From contig NC_016012.1 in NCBI RefSeq assembly GCF_000283555.1, positions 1,050,001 to 1,082,000 on the forward strand: a DNA stretch of 32,000 bases, given 5' to 3'. Under the pieces are notes generated by a model. That model was given only the letters and a program-made list of their open reading frames with translations, had not been told where the DNA came from and searched no databases. Positions 1 through 10,100 of the stretch are shown in pieces (position 1 is the stretch's first letter; each line of letters opens with the position of its first letter). This DNA is from Candidatus Arthromitus sp. SFB-rat-Yit. Its GTDB lineage: Bacteria > Bacillota > Clostridia > Clostridiales > Clostridiaceae. A program made the position numbers and the translations under genes.

Positions 1-1227
1 TACTCCTTCACGACTTAAAGGAAACTTACACGAAGGACAAACATCCGGTATATCTATCTCTTTCAAATTTCCGCAAGAAAAACCTTTAATAATCTCCGGA
101 ATAACATCATTTGATCTCCTAATTAATACATCGCAATTAAGTTTAACATTTTTTCTAACAATATCATCTATGTTGTTTAACGTCGCACGCTTTATTGTTA
201 TTCCCGAAATATCAACAGGTTCAAGTATTGCTGTTGGTGAAACCCTTCCACTTCGTCCAACATTCCACTCTACGTTAATAAGTTTTGTTTTCACTTCTTC
301 AGCTTCAAATTTATATGCTATAGAAAATTTTGGATGTTTAACCGTATATCCCAGTATTTCTCGTAAATTCAGCTCATTTATAGAAACCACGACACCATCA
401 ATATCATAATTTAAATTTTCCCTTAATGACTCGATCCTTTTTATTTCTTCCTTGACCTCATCAATTGTATTACACAATTTAAATTCAGGACACTTGAACT
501 TATTGTGACTTAAAAAATTTAATATTTCAAAATATGTAGAAAATTTTCCATCATTATAATATGCAACATCATAAATAAATGTATTTAGTTTCCTCTTCTT
601 CGTTTCACTCACATCTAAATTTCTCAAAGCTCCTGCTGCACCATTTCTTAGATTTTTAAGAGGTGTATCTGAGGTCTTATTATATTTTTCAAACTCATCT
701 TTGGTCATTATGACCTCTCCACGTATTTCAAAATTTCCCATGTCATCTATTGATAATGGTATACTTTTTATAGTTTTTGCTTGCTCTGTTACATTCTCCC
801 CAATCTCACCTGTTCCTCTTGTAGCTGCCTTTATAAATTCCCCGTTTTCATAAACAAGATTTATACTTACTCCATCAAATTTTTGTACAACTATATATGA
901 ATGGGGATTTAAATTATTTTCATTTGACAGATTTATATTTTTCTTGTGCCACATATCTAAACTTTCAAATGATGTAACCTTATCAAGACTCCACATTCTC
1001 GCTTTATGTACTGACTTTTCAAATTTATCTAAAATTATATCTCCAACTCTTTGAGTGGGCGAATTTTTCAAGACATAGTTACTCTCTTTTTCAAGCTTCT
1101 TAAGTTCATCATAAAGCTTATCATATTCCTTATCCTCAATTTTAGGATTATCAAGAACATAGTACTCATAAGAACATTCATTCAAATATAGGACAAGTTC
1201 GTGTATCCTTTTTATTTTATATTCCAA
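1..1227 (-). CDS. ligA: NAD-dependent DNA ligase LigA, N-terminal ~409 codons (3' end lies beyond the left edge)
   Basis: Not in the ORF track: TTG start at 1227, truncated by the window edge. Hand translation gives (M)EYKIKRIHELVLYLNECSYEYYVLDNPKIEDKEYDKLYDELKKLEKESNYVLKNSPTQRVG..., the typical LigA N-terminus. The frame stays open to nt 1, ending ...DVCPSCKFPLSREGV (LigA zinc-finger region). It sits 18 nt downstream of pcrA, the usual Firmicutes pcrA-ligA order. Confidence 0.9.
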   Translation of the reverse strand, partial: MEYKIKRIHELVLYLNECSYEYYVLDNPKIEDKEYDKLYDELKKLEKESNYVLKNSPTQRVGDIILDKFEKSVHKARMWSLDKVTSFESLDMWHKKNINLSNENNLNPHSYIVVQKFDGVSINLVYENGEFIKAATRGTGEIGENVTEQAKTIKSIPLSIDDMGNFEIRGEVIMTKDEFEKYNKTSDTPLKNLRNGAAGALRNLDVSETKKRKLNTFIYDVAYYNDGKFSTYFEILNFLSHNKFKCPEFKLCNTIDEVKEEIKRIESLRENLNYDIDGVVVSINELNLREILGYTVKHPKFSIAYKFEAEEVKTKLINVEWNVGRSGRVSPTAILEPVDISGITIKRATLNNIDDIVRKNVKLNCDVLIRRSNDVIPEIIKGFSCGNLKEIDIPDVCPSCKFPLSREGV

Positions 1228-1245
1228 AAATCCCCTCTCCTAATC

Positions 1246-3441
1246 TTAAATAAATTCAATCGGTGCATTATTCAATCCAAGTTTCTTAATTCCATTATTA
1301 TCAAAAGCAACCACAATTTTTGGACTTTCGGTATCCTCCTCAACTCTAACGATCACACCCAAACCAAAATTTTTGTGTTTGATCTTCATTCCCGCTCTAA
1401 CATCATCTTTTGAAACATTATTATATTTTTTGGGAGAATCACTAACAAGTGGATTATAATTAAATTTCCCAAAACTTTTTGATGGCATAGACTCACAAAT
1501 ATTAATTTCTTCACCCCTAAAATCAATATTTAATAATAAATTACTTGGAACTTCTCCCAAAAATTTAGATTTAGTTCTAAACCCTGTTTCACCATAAACC
1601 ATTCTCATGTTTGCATATGTAAAATAAAGTATATCTTTCGCTCTTGTTATTCCAACATAGCAAAGCCTTCTTGATTCTTCCATTTCATCAATATCATCAA
1701 AGCACTTATTACTTGGAAAAATTCCATTTTCCATACCAACCATAAACACAACAGGAAATTCCAATCCTTTCGAAGAATGAATTGTCATAAGTGTAATTGA
1801 AGAAGATTTTTCATCATATTTATCAATTTCACTAACAAGCATAATATTTTCAAGAAAATCTTCAATATTTCCATCAATATTCAATTGTTCAAAATTAACA
1901 GCCGCATTTATAAACTCCTGAATATTTTCAAAACGTGTATCTATATCAGAATCCTTAGATTTTTTTAAAGCATCAATATATCCAATTTTATCAATCATTA
2001 AACGAATAAACTCTGAAGGTTTTAAATCAATATATTTTCTAATCTCCTCAATAGATTTAGCAAAATTCTTTATGATATCTTGGGTTCTAAGACTAATTGT
2101 TGCAATTTCAGCACATGCAACCATCGCATCAAACAAACCAATTCCATTTCTTTCAGCATATTCCGATAATTTATACAAAGTTGTATCTCCAATGCCTCGT
2201 TTAGGTTCGTTTATAATTCTTCTAAGACTTATCTCATCACTCGGATTAACTATTGTTTTTATATACGCAATTATATCCTTAATTTCCTTTCTTTCATAGA
2301 AACGCATAACACCTACAAGCTTATACGGTATTTGATTTTTAACGCATATTTCCTCAAACATTCTTGATTGAGAATTTGTTCTATATAAAATTCCAAAATC
2401 TCTATATTCATATCCCTTTGATTTAATAAGTCTAAAAATTTCGTTAATAACAAACAACGCTTCTTCTTCTGCGTTACTTGCTCTAAATAATTTAATTTTA
2501 TCTCCTTCATTATTTATTGCTTTTAAAATTTTCTTCTTTCTTCTTACATTATTTAAAATCACTTTGTTTGCGGCATCTAATATAGTAGACTTAGACCTAT
2601 AATTCTTCTCAAGTTTAATAACCTTTGTATTTTTATAATCCTTTTCAAAATCCAAGATATTATTTATATCTGCACCCCTCCACTGATAAATACATTGATC
2701 ATCATCACCAACAACACAAATATTTTTGTTCATATCAGCGAGCATCTTAACCAAGTAATACTGAGAATAATTTGTATCCTGATACTCATCGACCATAATA
2801 TACTTAAATTTTGATTGATAGAAACTCAAAATTTCTGGATGTTTTTCAAATAATTCAATCGTTTTAAAAATTAAATTATCAAAATCAAGAGAATTGTTCT
2901 CAAATAATTTCTTCTCATAAACCTCATAAATTTGTGCAACAAGCCTTTCTCTATAATCAAAAGCATTTGAAATAGCTTCATCTGGTTTTATAAACTGATT
3001 TTTATAGTTAGAAATCTTCCTTAAAACTTCTGATGGATCAATATTATCTTGATTAATTTTAAGAATATCCATGCACTGTTTTACAAGAGCCTTTTGATCT
3101 GGAAAATCATAAATAGTAAATGAACTTGTATAACCAAGATTACCAATTTCCCTCCTCAAAATACGAACACATAAAGAGTGAAAAGTCGATATCCACATAT
3201 TTTCAGAAATTTCTCCAATTAGAGAACGAACCCTGTCTTTCATTTCTTTTGCTGCCTTATTTGTAAAAGTGATAGCAAGTATTTGATAGCTATTAATACC
3301 TAAATTTTTTATCATATGAGCGATTCTGTATGTAATCGTTCTAGTCTTTCCAGACCCCGCACCAGCTAAAATAAGTAATGGTCCATCAACACTTGTAACC
3401 GCACTATATTGTTCCTCATTTAATAACTCCCTTAATTCCAT
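1246..3441 (-). CDS. pcrA: ATP-dependent DNA helicase PcrA (UvrD/Rep superfamily 1)
   Basis: 731 aa. Walker A AGAGSGKTRT, motif II VDEYQDTN, motifs TIHSSKGLEF and YVGITRA. Followed by ligA. Confidence 0.95.
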   Translation of the reverse strand: MELRELLNEEQYSAVTSVDGPLLILAGAGSGKTRTITYRIAHMIKNLGINSYQILAITFTNKAAKEMKDRVRSLIGEISENMWISTFHSLCVRILRREIGNLGYTSSFTIYDFPDQKALVKQCMDILKINQDNIDPSEVLRKISNYKNQFIKPDEAISNAFDYRERLVAQIYEVYEKKLFENNSLDFDNLIFKTIELFEKHPEILSFYQSKFKYIMVDEYQDTNYSQYYLVKMLADMNKNICVVGDDDQCIYQWRGADINNILDFEKDYKNTKVIKLEKNYRSKSTILDAANKVILNNVRRKKKILKAINNEGDKIKLFRASNAEEEALFVINEIFRLIKSKGYEYRDFGILYRTNSQSRMFEEICVKNQIPYKLVGVMRFYERKEIKDIIAYIKTIVNPSDEISLRRIINEPKRGIGDTTLYKLSEYAERNGIGLFDAMVACAEIATISLRTQDIIKNFAKSIEEIRKYIDLKPSEFIRLMIDKIGYIDALKKSKDSDIDTRFENIQEFINAAVNFEQLNIDGNIEDFLENIMLVSEIDKYDEKSSSITLMTIHSSKGLEFPVVFMVGMENGIFPSNKCFDDIDEMEESRRLCYVGITRAKDILYFTYANMRMVYGETGFRTKSKFLGEVPSNLLLNIDFRGEEINICESMPSKSFGKFNYNPLVSDSPKKYNNVSKDDVRAGMKIKHKNFGLGVIVRVEEDTESPKIVVAFDNNGIKKLGLNNAPIEFI

Positions 3442-3452
3442 AACCTACTCTC

Positions 3453-4169
3453 CTAAACCATTTTTAATAAATTAATCTCTTCTACAGTTAAATGCCTATA
3501 CTCTCCCTCTTTCAAACTTTCATCAAGTTTTAAACCGCCAAACTCTATTCTCTTTAAATATGTAACCAAAAATCCAAATGTTTCAAACATTCTCTTAATT
3601 TGATGAAATTTCCCTTCAGTTAAAATGAGTTCACACTCTGACCCATCATTATGAACCTTAAGTATTTTTAACTTTGCTGACTTGCACTTAACACCATCTT
3701 CTAAAACTACTCCATCATTAAATATTCCAATAAATGAATCGTTTAAACATCCATCCACTCTAACAAAATATTTCTTTTCAACATGACGTTTAGGAGATAA
3801 AACCCTGTGGCACATATCTCCATCATTTGAAATAATTAAAAGTCCAACCGTGTCTTTATCAAGCCTTCCTATTGGATATGGCCCAAGAATTTTATCTTCT
3901 TCACTCACAATTTCCAAAACCGTCCTATCAAATTTATCAAAAGTTGCTGAAACAAATCCAGGAGGTTTATTCATCATCAAATAAACAAACTCTGTATACA
4001 AAACCTCCTCACCATTCACACAAACTTTATCCTTCTTTATATCAATATGTACAGATGGCTTGTCTGCAATTTCTCCATTAACACTAACACTATTTTGCCG
4101 TATCAATTTGTGAACTTCCTTCCTACTACCATATCCATTATTCGCAATAAATTTATCTAACCTCATCAT
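3453..4169 (-). CDS. RsuA/RluB-family rRNA pseudouridine synthase with N-terminal S4 domain
   Basis: 238 aa. S4-like N-terminus MRLDKFIANNGYGSRKEV...; catalytic-Asp motif GRLDKDTVGLLIISNDG; GKFHQIKRMF motif. 11 nt upstream of pcrA, so probably co-transcribed. Confidence 0.9.
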   Translation of the reverse strand: MMRLDKFIANNGYGSRKEVHKLIRQNSVSVNGEIADKPSVHIDIKKDKVCVNGEEVLYTEFVYLMMNKPPGFVSATFDKFDRTVLEIVSEEDKILGPYPIGRLDKDTVGLLIISNDGDMCHRVLSPKRHVEKKYFVRVDGCLNDSFIGIFNDGVVLEDGVKCKSAKLKILKVHNDGSECELILTEGKFHQIKRMFETFGFLVTYLKRIEFGGLKLDESLKEGEYRHLTVEEINLLKMV

Positions 4170-4229
4170 AAGTTCATTACTCCTATTTATTTCTAAACAA
4201 TATTTTACTACAACAAAGATAATTTTTTA

Positions 4230-4261
4230 ATAAAAAAATAAAGCAGCCAATAAAGCTACTT
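4230..4261 (-). terminator. Rho-independent terminator after the transglycosylase gene
   Basis: Minus-strand RNA: AAGUAGC-uuuauug-GCUGCUU, a 7-bp stem with one G-U pair that exists only in the minus-strand transcript. It is followed by UAUUUUUUUAUU and overlaps the stop codon at 4261-4263. Confidence 0.5.
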
Positions 4262-4908
4262 TAAAAACCATTATTATAATAGTGAATAATATTTGTAACG
4301 TGTACACGAGTTTCTTTAGGAAGCATAGAAACATCTTCCAAAGATCTAAATCCACTTTTGTCAAGAGCATTTCCACCACAATTATAAGCTGCAACTGCCT
4401 TAACTATATCTCCACTATATCTATCTATCATTCCTTTTAAATGTTTAGTACCTGCATCAACATTTTCATAAATATTATACGGATCTTGAACATTAAACTT
4501 TTTTATAGTATTTGGCATAATTTGCATAAGTCCAATAGCTCCAGCATGAGAAACACATTTAGGATTAAAATTTGACTCCTGCTTAATAAGAGATCTTATA
4601 AGCTTGTCATCAACTCCATATTTTTCAGAAGCTATCATTATTGCATTATCCACATCACTATGTACTTCACCTTTACATTTATCCTTTTCTAAATCATGAT
4701 CAATTTCAATGCATTCAAAATTATTAGTTATATTGATTTTATAACCTTTCTTTTGTAAACAAAATTGATTCACCTCATTTTCAGCACCAACCACAACATG
4801 ATCATGATGAATTATACTTGATGCCAAAGGACTATGTACATTATTGAAAATCACTTGTGATATCAGAAGTCCGACGGCACAAGCTACTTCAATGCTCTTA
4901 GCACCCAT
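4261..4908 (-). CDS. Lytic transglycosylase (SLT domain) with N-terminal hydrophobic anchor
   Basis: 215 aa. SLT signature LIKQESNFNPKCVSHAGAIGLMQIMP plus AYNCGGNAL. Hydrophobic N-terminus ACAVGLLISQVIF. SD TAGGAGGAA upstream of the ATG. Confidence 0.85.
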   Translation of the reverse strand: MGAKSIEVACAVGLLISQVIFNNVHSPLASSIIHHDHVVVGAENEVNQFCLQKKGYKINITNNFECIEIDHDLEKDKCKGEVHSDVDNAIMIASEKYGVDDKLIRSLIKQESNFNPKCVSHAGAIGLMQIMPNTIKKFNVQDPYNIYENVDAGTKHLKGMIDRYSGDIVKAVAAYNCGGNALDKSGFRSLEDVSMLPKETRVHVTNIIHYYNNGF

Positions 4909-4976
4909 ATATAAAAAATTCCTCCTAAATAATTTTTGTTAGTTTACTCATTTAGGAGGAATTTATTCATTTACTT

Positions 4977-7007
4977 TCAGGTCACATTAAATTCATATAT
5001 ATCATAATCTTCATAGTTACAAGTCTTATATTCACTCTTTGTAAGAACAAGTAACTTATATTGTCCTTCTTTAAATGGGATAAAGCTATAAGTATTCTTT
5101 CTACTATAAGCTTGTACTCTTCTCCACTCACCTTGCTCCATCAAATAAAATTCATATCCAATATCTCGTCCACCTTTTGTATTTACAACAAAGAATATTG
5201 AATTATTGACGAACAAATACTCATCTTTAACTTCACAAATAATTTTCGTATTCATAATTGGAAGCGAATCTTGAACATATATACGAGCTTCCTTCAAAGA
5301 ATCATATTCTAATTTTGAATTTTTATTTTTAGCCATAACGGAAAGTGTATACTTTCCCTTAACCGTTGGAACATAATCAAACGATGTGTCGTTAATAAAT
5401 TGAGTTTCAACTATAACCTGATCATCAATAGACAAAACATATTTAAATAACGTTTGTTTAGTGTTCTGTGCAATCAAGCTAAATATTATCGGTTCTCCTA
5501 CAACATAGCACTCTTGTTTTTTATAAAGAATATAATCTATTTTTGCCGGATAATAATCCCATACTTTAAAATGAAGTATTGTTGAAGCATCATACTCCTG
5601 CACCGAAAACATATCCTTAACTCTTATCTCAAGCTCATAGTATCCCTTCTCTTGAGGCATAAAAGTCAAAAAATTCTTATCACTATACTCTATATATCCA
5701 ACTTCTTTATTCTCTTTTGTAATTATAAAACTATATTGTAATTTTAATCCACCTTCAGCTTTAACAATAATTCCTATAGGCTTATTCTTAACGTGTTTGT
5801 TGTACGAATCTATTTGTACATCTAAAATTTTAACTACTTGAGAAATATAAGGCAATACGTCAAAATTCATTTCGCCATAAACATCGTAACCTTGTGGCGT
5901 ACTCTCATCTTTTACATAAACCTTAACATTATAATTCCCAGAAATTTTTGGTACCCATTGATAAAAATTTTCCCTTAGATAACCACTCTCTTCAATAAAA
6001 TGTTCATCATCACTGCTTGGACCATTTATTACATATTTGTACAATAAAGTTTTTCCACCTTCAACCTGTATATTAAAGTTTATTGGATGCCCTGTGTAAT
6101 GTGGAGAACTTAAATTTGCAGATAGTTCTATTATTTTTATCTCATTATACGGCTTAACATCGTATATAATAATAGCTCTATCATCATAATTATTTATAGA
6201 ATAAAGATCCTTAACAAGTACAAGCAACCTAAATTTACCATGTCTATTTTCAATAAACGAAACAATACTCTTGGTTGAATAATCTTGTATTACTTCTACC
6301 TTACCTTCCTCATCAACCACCAAGAATTTATACAAAACTGTTTTATTTTCTTCATTATTTATATCACATTGAAATATTAGTTCCTCACCTGAAATAAGTT
6401 CTTTACTTAAACTTTTCAAAGATAATATCTCAATCTTTCCAACATCATTAACGCTAAATTTTATTGTTGCAAAATCATCAAAATTATTTTCAGAATCTTG
6501 CTTTTTACACTGCACAAGTATTTCTTTTTCACCAATTTCATTTAAAGTTAAAATAAGCTTATCGTCATATGTATAATCTTTAAGTAATTCCCATCCATAT
6601 TGACCATTTATCCAAAATTTATAAAGACTTGGTGAATATGATGAGTCAACACTCAAAACCAATTGTTCCCCAACTGAATAACTATCTTTATCTAAATGCA
6701 CTGACTTTATTATTTTTTCATCTTCAATGTCTTTGCCGATTATATAATTTTCCCTAGCTATATAATCAAACGCCTTCTTGCTCGAAATTTTTTTAGCCTG
6801 AACCATAACTATATAATTACCATATTCCGAAGGAACCCATACAACTTCTTTTTGAGTAGAGAAATCTTGTATAGTATACCATACTCCATTAATTCCTACG
6901 CAAAATCTATATACCAATTCCTCATCTAATCCCGAAACCTTTATATTTATTGGCACATCTTTATCCTGTGGAGAGGCTAAGCTAAAATCCATCAATAATT
7001 CATTCAC
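4977..7007 (-). CDS. Protein built from seven tandem ~90-aa triple-tyrosine (Y_Y_Y-like, Ig-fold) repeats; no signal peptide
   Basis: 676 aa. Each repeat carries an aromatic motif (LVYRF, SLYKFW, VLYKFL, LLYKYV, LQYSFI, LFKYVL, GYEFYL). About 35 aa later each has G-x-Y/F-x-hydrophobic-x-V-x-x-K (GNYIVMVQAKK, GEKEILVQCKK, GKFRLLVLVKD, GNYNVKVYVKD, GYYELEIRVKD, GKYTLSVMAKN, GQYKLLVLTKS). SD AAGGGGGA lies upstream of the ATG at 7007. Confidence 0.75.
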   Translation of the reverse strand: MNELLMDFSLASPQDKDVPINIKVSGLDEELVYRFCVGINGVWYTIQDFSTQKEVVWVPSEYGNYIVMVQAKKISSKKAFDYIARENYIIGKDIEDEKIIKSVHLDKDSYSVGEQLVLSVDSSYSPSLYKFWINGQYGWELLKDYTYDDKLILTLNEIGEKEILVQCKKQDSENNFDDFATIKFSVNDVGKIEILSLKSLSKELISGEELIFQCDINNEENKTVLYKFLVVDEEGKVEVIQDYSTKSIVSFIENRHGKFRLLVLVKDLYSINNYDDRAIIIYDVKPYNEIKIIELSANLSSPHYTGHPINFNIQVEGGKTLLYKYVINGPSSDDEHFIEESGYLRENFYQWVPKISGNYNVKVYVKDESTPQGYDVYGEMNFDVLPYISQVVKILDVQIDSYNKHVKNKPIGIIVKAEGGLKLQYSFIITKENKEVGYIEYSDKNFLTFMPQEKGYYELEIRVKDMFSVQEYDASTILHFKVWDYYPAKIDYILYKKQECYVVGEPIIFSLIAQNTKQTLFKYVLSIDDQVIVETQFINDTSFDYVPTVKGKYTLSVMAKNKNSKLEYDSLKEARIYVQDSLPIMNTKIICEVKDEYLFVNNSIFFVVNTKGGRDIGYEFYLMEQGEWRRVQAYSRKNTYSFIPFKEGQYKLLVLTKSEYKTCNYEDYDIYEFNVT

Positions 7008-7115
7008 GGTTTATCCCCCTTGCGGCACGTAAGCATAAATCTAACCATCATATTTTTATCATATTTCTTAAAATTTTAAATTAATTTTACTAAAAATTAT
7101 AATATATTTAGGTAA

Positions 7116-7145
7116 ATTATACTTTATTTAATGTCATGTATTCAA
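7116..7145 (-). promoter_or_regulatory. Candidate sigma-A promoter for the repeat-protein/transglycosylase unit
   Basis: Minus strand: TTGAAT (7145-7140), 18 nt, TATAAT (7121-7116), about 110 nt upstream of the ATG at 7007. The A+T-rich background makes chance matches common. Confidence 0.45.
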
Positions 7146-7153
7146 CTATAAAC

Positions 7154-7179
7154 ATACTAAATTTACCAAAATTTAGTAT
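7154..7179 (-). terminator. Hairpin 5 nt after the pglX stop codon (possible terminator)
   Basis: Perfect 11-bp inverted repeat ATACTAAATTT-nnnn-AAATTTAGTAT. The all-A/T stem is followed on the minus strand by GTTTATAGTT, a weak U-tract. Confidence 0.35.
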
Positions 7180-7184
7180 TATAA

Positions 7185-10100
7185 TTATTTAAATATATTT
7201 TGATTGTAAAAATCACCTTCCATTTGCAATTTTTCATAAATATTTGAAATTCCATCTTCCAAATCTATATTTATAGATTTTTCACTTACAGCTTTAATCA
7301 TTTGATTATATTTTTTACATTCTTCAAGTTTTAAAATTAAAGTTTCTTTATACTTTTTAGATTTTAAAAATTTTTCATTTTCGTATATGTTCTCAAATTT
7401 TAATATTTCATCTTCATATTTGTGTTCTATAACATCTAAATAATTTATCTTAAACTTCAAAAAATCTTCTTTTGAAAATCTATGAATATATGTTAATGCA
7501 TTAATTCCATTATTCTTCCCTGAACAAAATTCAAAATAAATTGGGCATTTATTATAAATTTTTGAGTGAGTCTTAAAAAAATCTTTCAAAAAATAATTAA
7601 CAATGTTCTCCCTATAACTTCCACTTTTAAAACCAAGAGAAGTGCAAATAAATTTTAAATTCTCATCAACACATTCTCTATCGAAAATAACTTCTAAAAA
7701 TTTCAAAAGCAAATTATAAATATCATTTCCAAAATATTCTTCTGTTGAAATTATAACAAGATTATCCTTTTCTGGGTAAAATCTTCTATAACTTCTCTTA
7801 AAAATATCATCTACATTATCTATAACTTTTTCATAGTCTAGTGAATACCTTCCAAACACACATCCAACAAAATAACTCAAAAAGCTTTCAACAAATTTTT
7901 TCTCATCAATCTTTCTTATAGAAACATTTCCATCTTCAACTTCATGCGAAACTTCATCTGTAAATCCATAAATTTCTTTAAAAATAATGTTCATCTTCTC
8001 TTCATTTCTTTTGACTTCTTCAAACATAATTTCAATTTCTCTATAAAAATTCTCATATGAATCCCTAAGTCTTCCACTTATCCTAAACTCAATTGAAGGA
8101 TGAGTTTTAAAATCCCAAGACGTTTCATAAAAATCCCATTCCTTTTTGCAAAGATAAATATTTCTATTAGCAAGCCTTGTTATATCATCCAAATACAAAT
8201 CATTAATAATAATTGGAAGATCTCCAATATTTCCAATCTGAAAATTAACCGTAGGAGCTATAGAAGACAATAAATAAAAGCAAACATTTGAACACAAAAA
8301 AGCTAAAATATATTTTTCATACTTTTGATCTGGAAATAATGAAGATCCTGAAACATCAAAAATAAATCCATAGTCTTTATACCTAACACCAAAATTTTTA
8401 AAGCCAAATAGTGACCATGTAATTCCTTTTTTAAAATAATACTTTCTATTTTTAATCACAAACTCCGGATCACTTATTCGAGGATATTTTGACCTCACAA
8501 AATTTATGAGATTCTCACCAGCATTCTCATATTTAATTATGTACTCATTGTTGCCATACCACTTCCTATAATCTCCCCCTTTGTTGTATGGAAACCATTT
8601 TTTATCTATTTCCTTTACATCGTCATGATTTTTTGAACAAAATTCTATATCACTCTTGTTCAGTTCATACCAATACCTAACAAAAGTTTTATTGTCAGTT
8701 GTTGCCATTCCTTGTTTTGGTTCAAAATATTCCTTAAGAGGTTTATGCTCTCTAAAAATTTCTCTCGCCCTCTCGCTTATCCAATAATTTATTGGAGATC
8801 CTGGGACATCATCAAATGATCTTAATTTTATTTTTGAATTCCTATTTTGAGATATTGGAAAATTAAACGGCTCTCCACTCGCATTAATATCCTCATATTT
8901 AATATAATTGTAAACCCCTTCATAATCTTTAATTGCCTTCTTTTTAAATATTGTCGCACTCGTTCCAAAAGCAATTGACATTACATTATTATCCATGTGA
9001 AGAAGTGAAACTATTGTATTTTTATCTGAAATAGATTTTCTGAGTTTCTCAAACTTATAAAGGAACATCCATGATTGCATAGTAAGCATTACGTTGAATC
9101 CATTATCGTGCGTTAACTCAAACCCTCTTTCAATAAACACAGAAAATAAATCCATCTTACTATTTGGATAATTCTCTTTTAAATAAAGTGTGAGCTTCTC
9201 CCCCATTCCCCGACTACTCATATACGGAGGATTTGTCACAACAATATGATACTTACTGCTTAAGAGCTTTGAGAGATTAATTAAATTTTTCATACACTCA
9301 AGCTCTTCTTCATTTAAATATGGATACACAAGATCTCCTATTAAATCAAAATCAAGTTTTTTCACAGATAACAGCGATCCATATTCTTTTGAATCCTTAA
9401 AAGAATCTAATATGTATTTAACATCACAAAATTTATCATTATCGAGAATACTCGCCTTCGCAAGAACACTCTCATATATTTCATTGCTCTCAATAATTGG
9501 ATAAAGATTAAATTTAATATTTCTACTCTTAAAAAATTTTCTAGACTTACTTCTACCTTTCATCATAAGAGCAAAATATGCAAGCTCATAAGCTCTATCA
9601 TCAACATCAATACCGAACAAATTATTTTCAAATATTAAATAAGGAATTTCACTTTCCATATACCCATATTCCTTATAGATTTCAAAAAGGAGATCAAATG
9701 CGTAAACCAAAATATGACCGCTACCCATACAAGGATCAATTATTTTTATATCTTTAGGTAAAATATTTTTAAAATCCGCATTCCCAATCTCAGCATCAAC
9801 AAAATATTTAAGTTCTACTGGAAATTCACTCTCGCCACTATTTTCTATGTAAAACCTACCAAGAGAATTTTCAACCATATACTTAACAATCCACTTAGGT
9901 GTGAAAATTTGAGTTACTGAAGGTATGTTTTCTTTAGATATTTTTATATTTTGTTTAAGCCTTTTAAAAATTTCATCCTTCTTCTCTGTTATGTAATACT
10001 GATAAAGCCAACCAATAATCTCAACATTATCAAAAAAATACTTTTCATCGATATCATCTATAATTCTCCTAAGGAAGCTATTTTCATTAGAAAGATTAAC

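Noticed and set aside
170-1413. Plus-strand ORFs 170-409 and 1201-1413
   Set aside because: They lie antisense to or overlapping the well-supported ligA and pcrA minus-strand frames. Their translations are low-complexity Ile/Phe/Ser-rich strings typical of the antisense frame of A+T-rich genes, and they have no SD.
2072-4081. ORFs 2072-2299 (+), 2313-2510 (-) and 3872-4081 (+)
   Set aside because: They are embedded in pcrA and the pseudouridine synthase gene, either out of frame or antisense. The host genes have unambiguous helicase and synthase motifs, so these are shadow ORFs.
4977-7007. Idea that the 676-aa gene after pglX is a very divergent PglZ or BrxL
   Set aside because: The whole protein resolves into seven homologous ~90-aa Ig-like repeats. 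No alkaline-phosphatase-type metal-binding core or Lon/ATPase motifs are visible. A terminator-like hairpin and a promoter-like element separate it from pglX.
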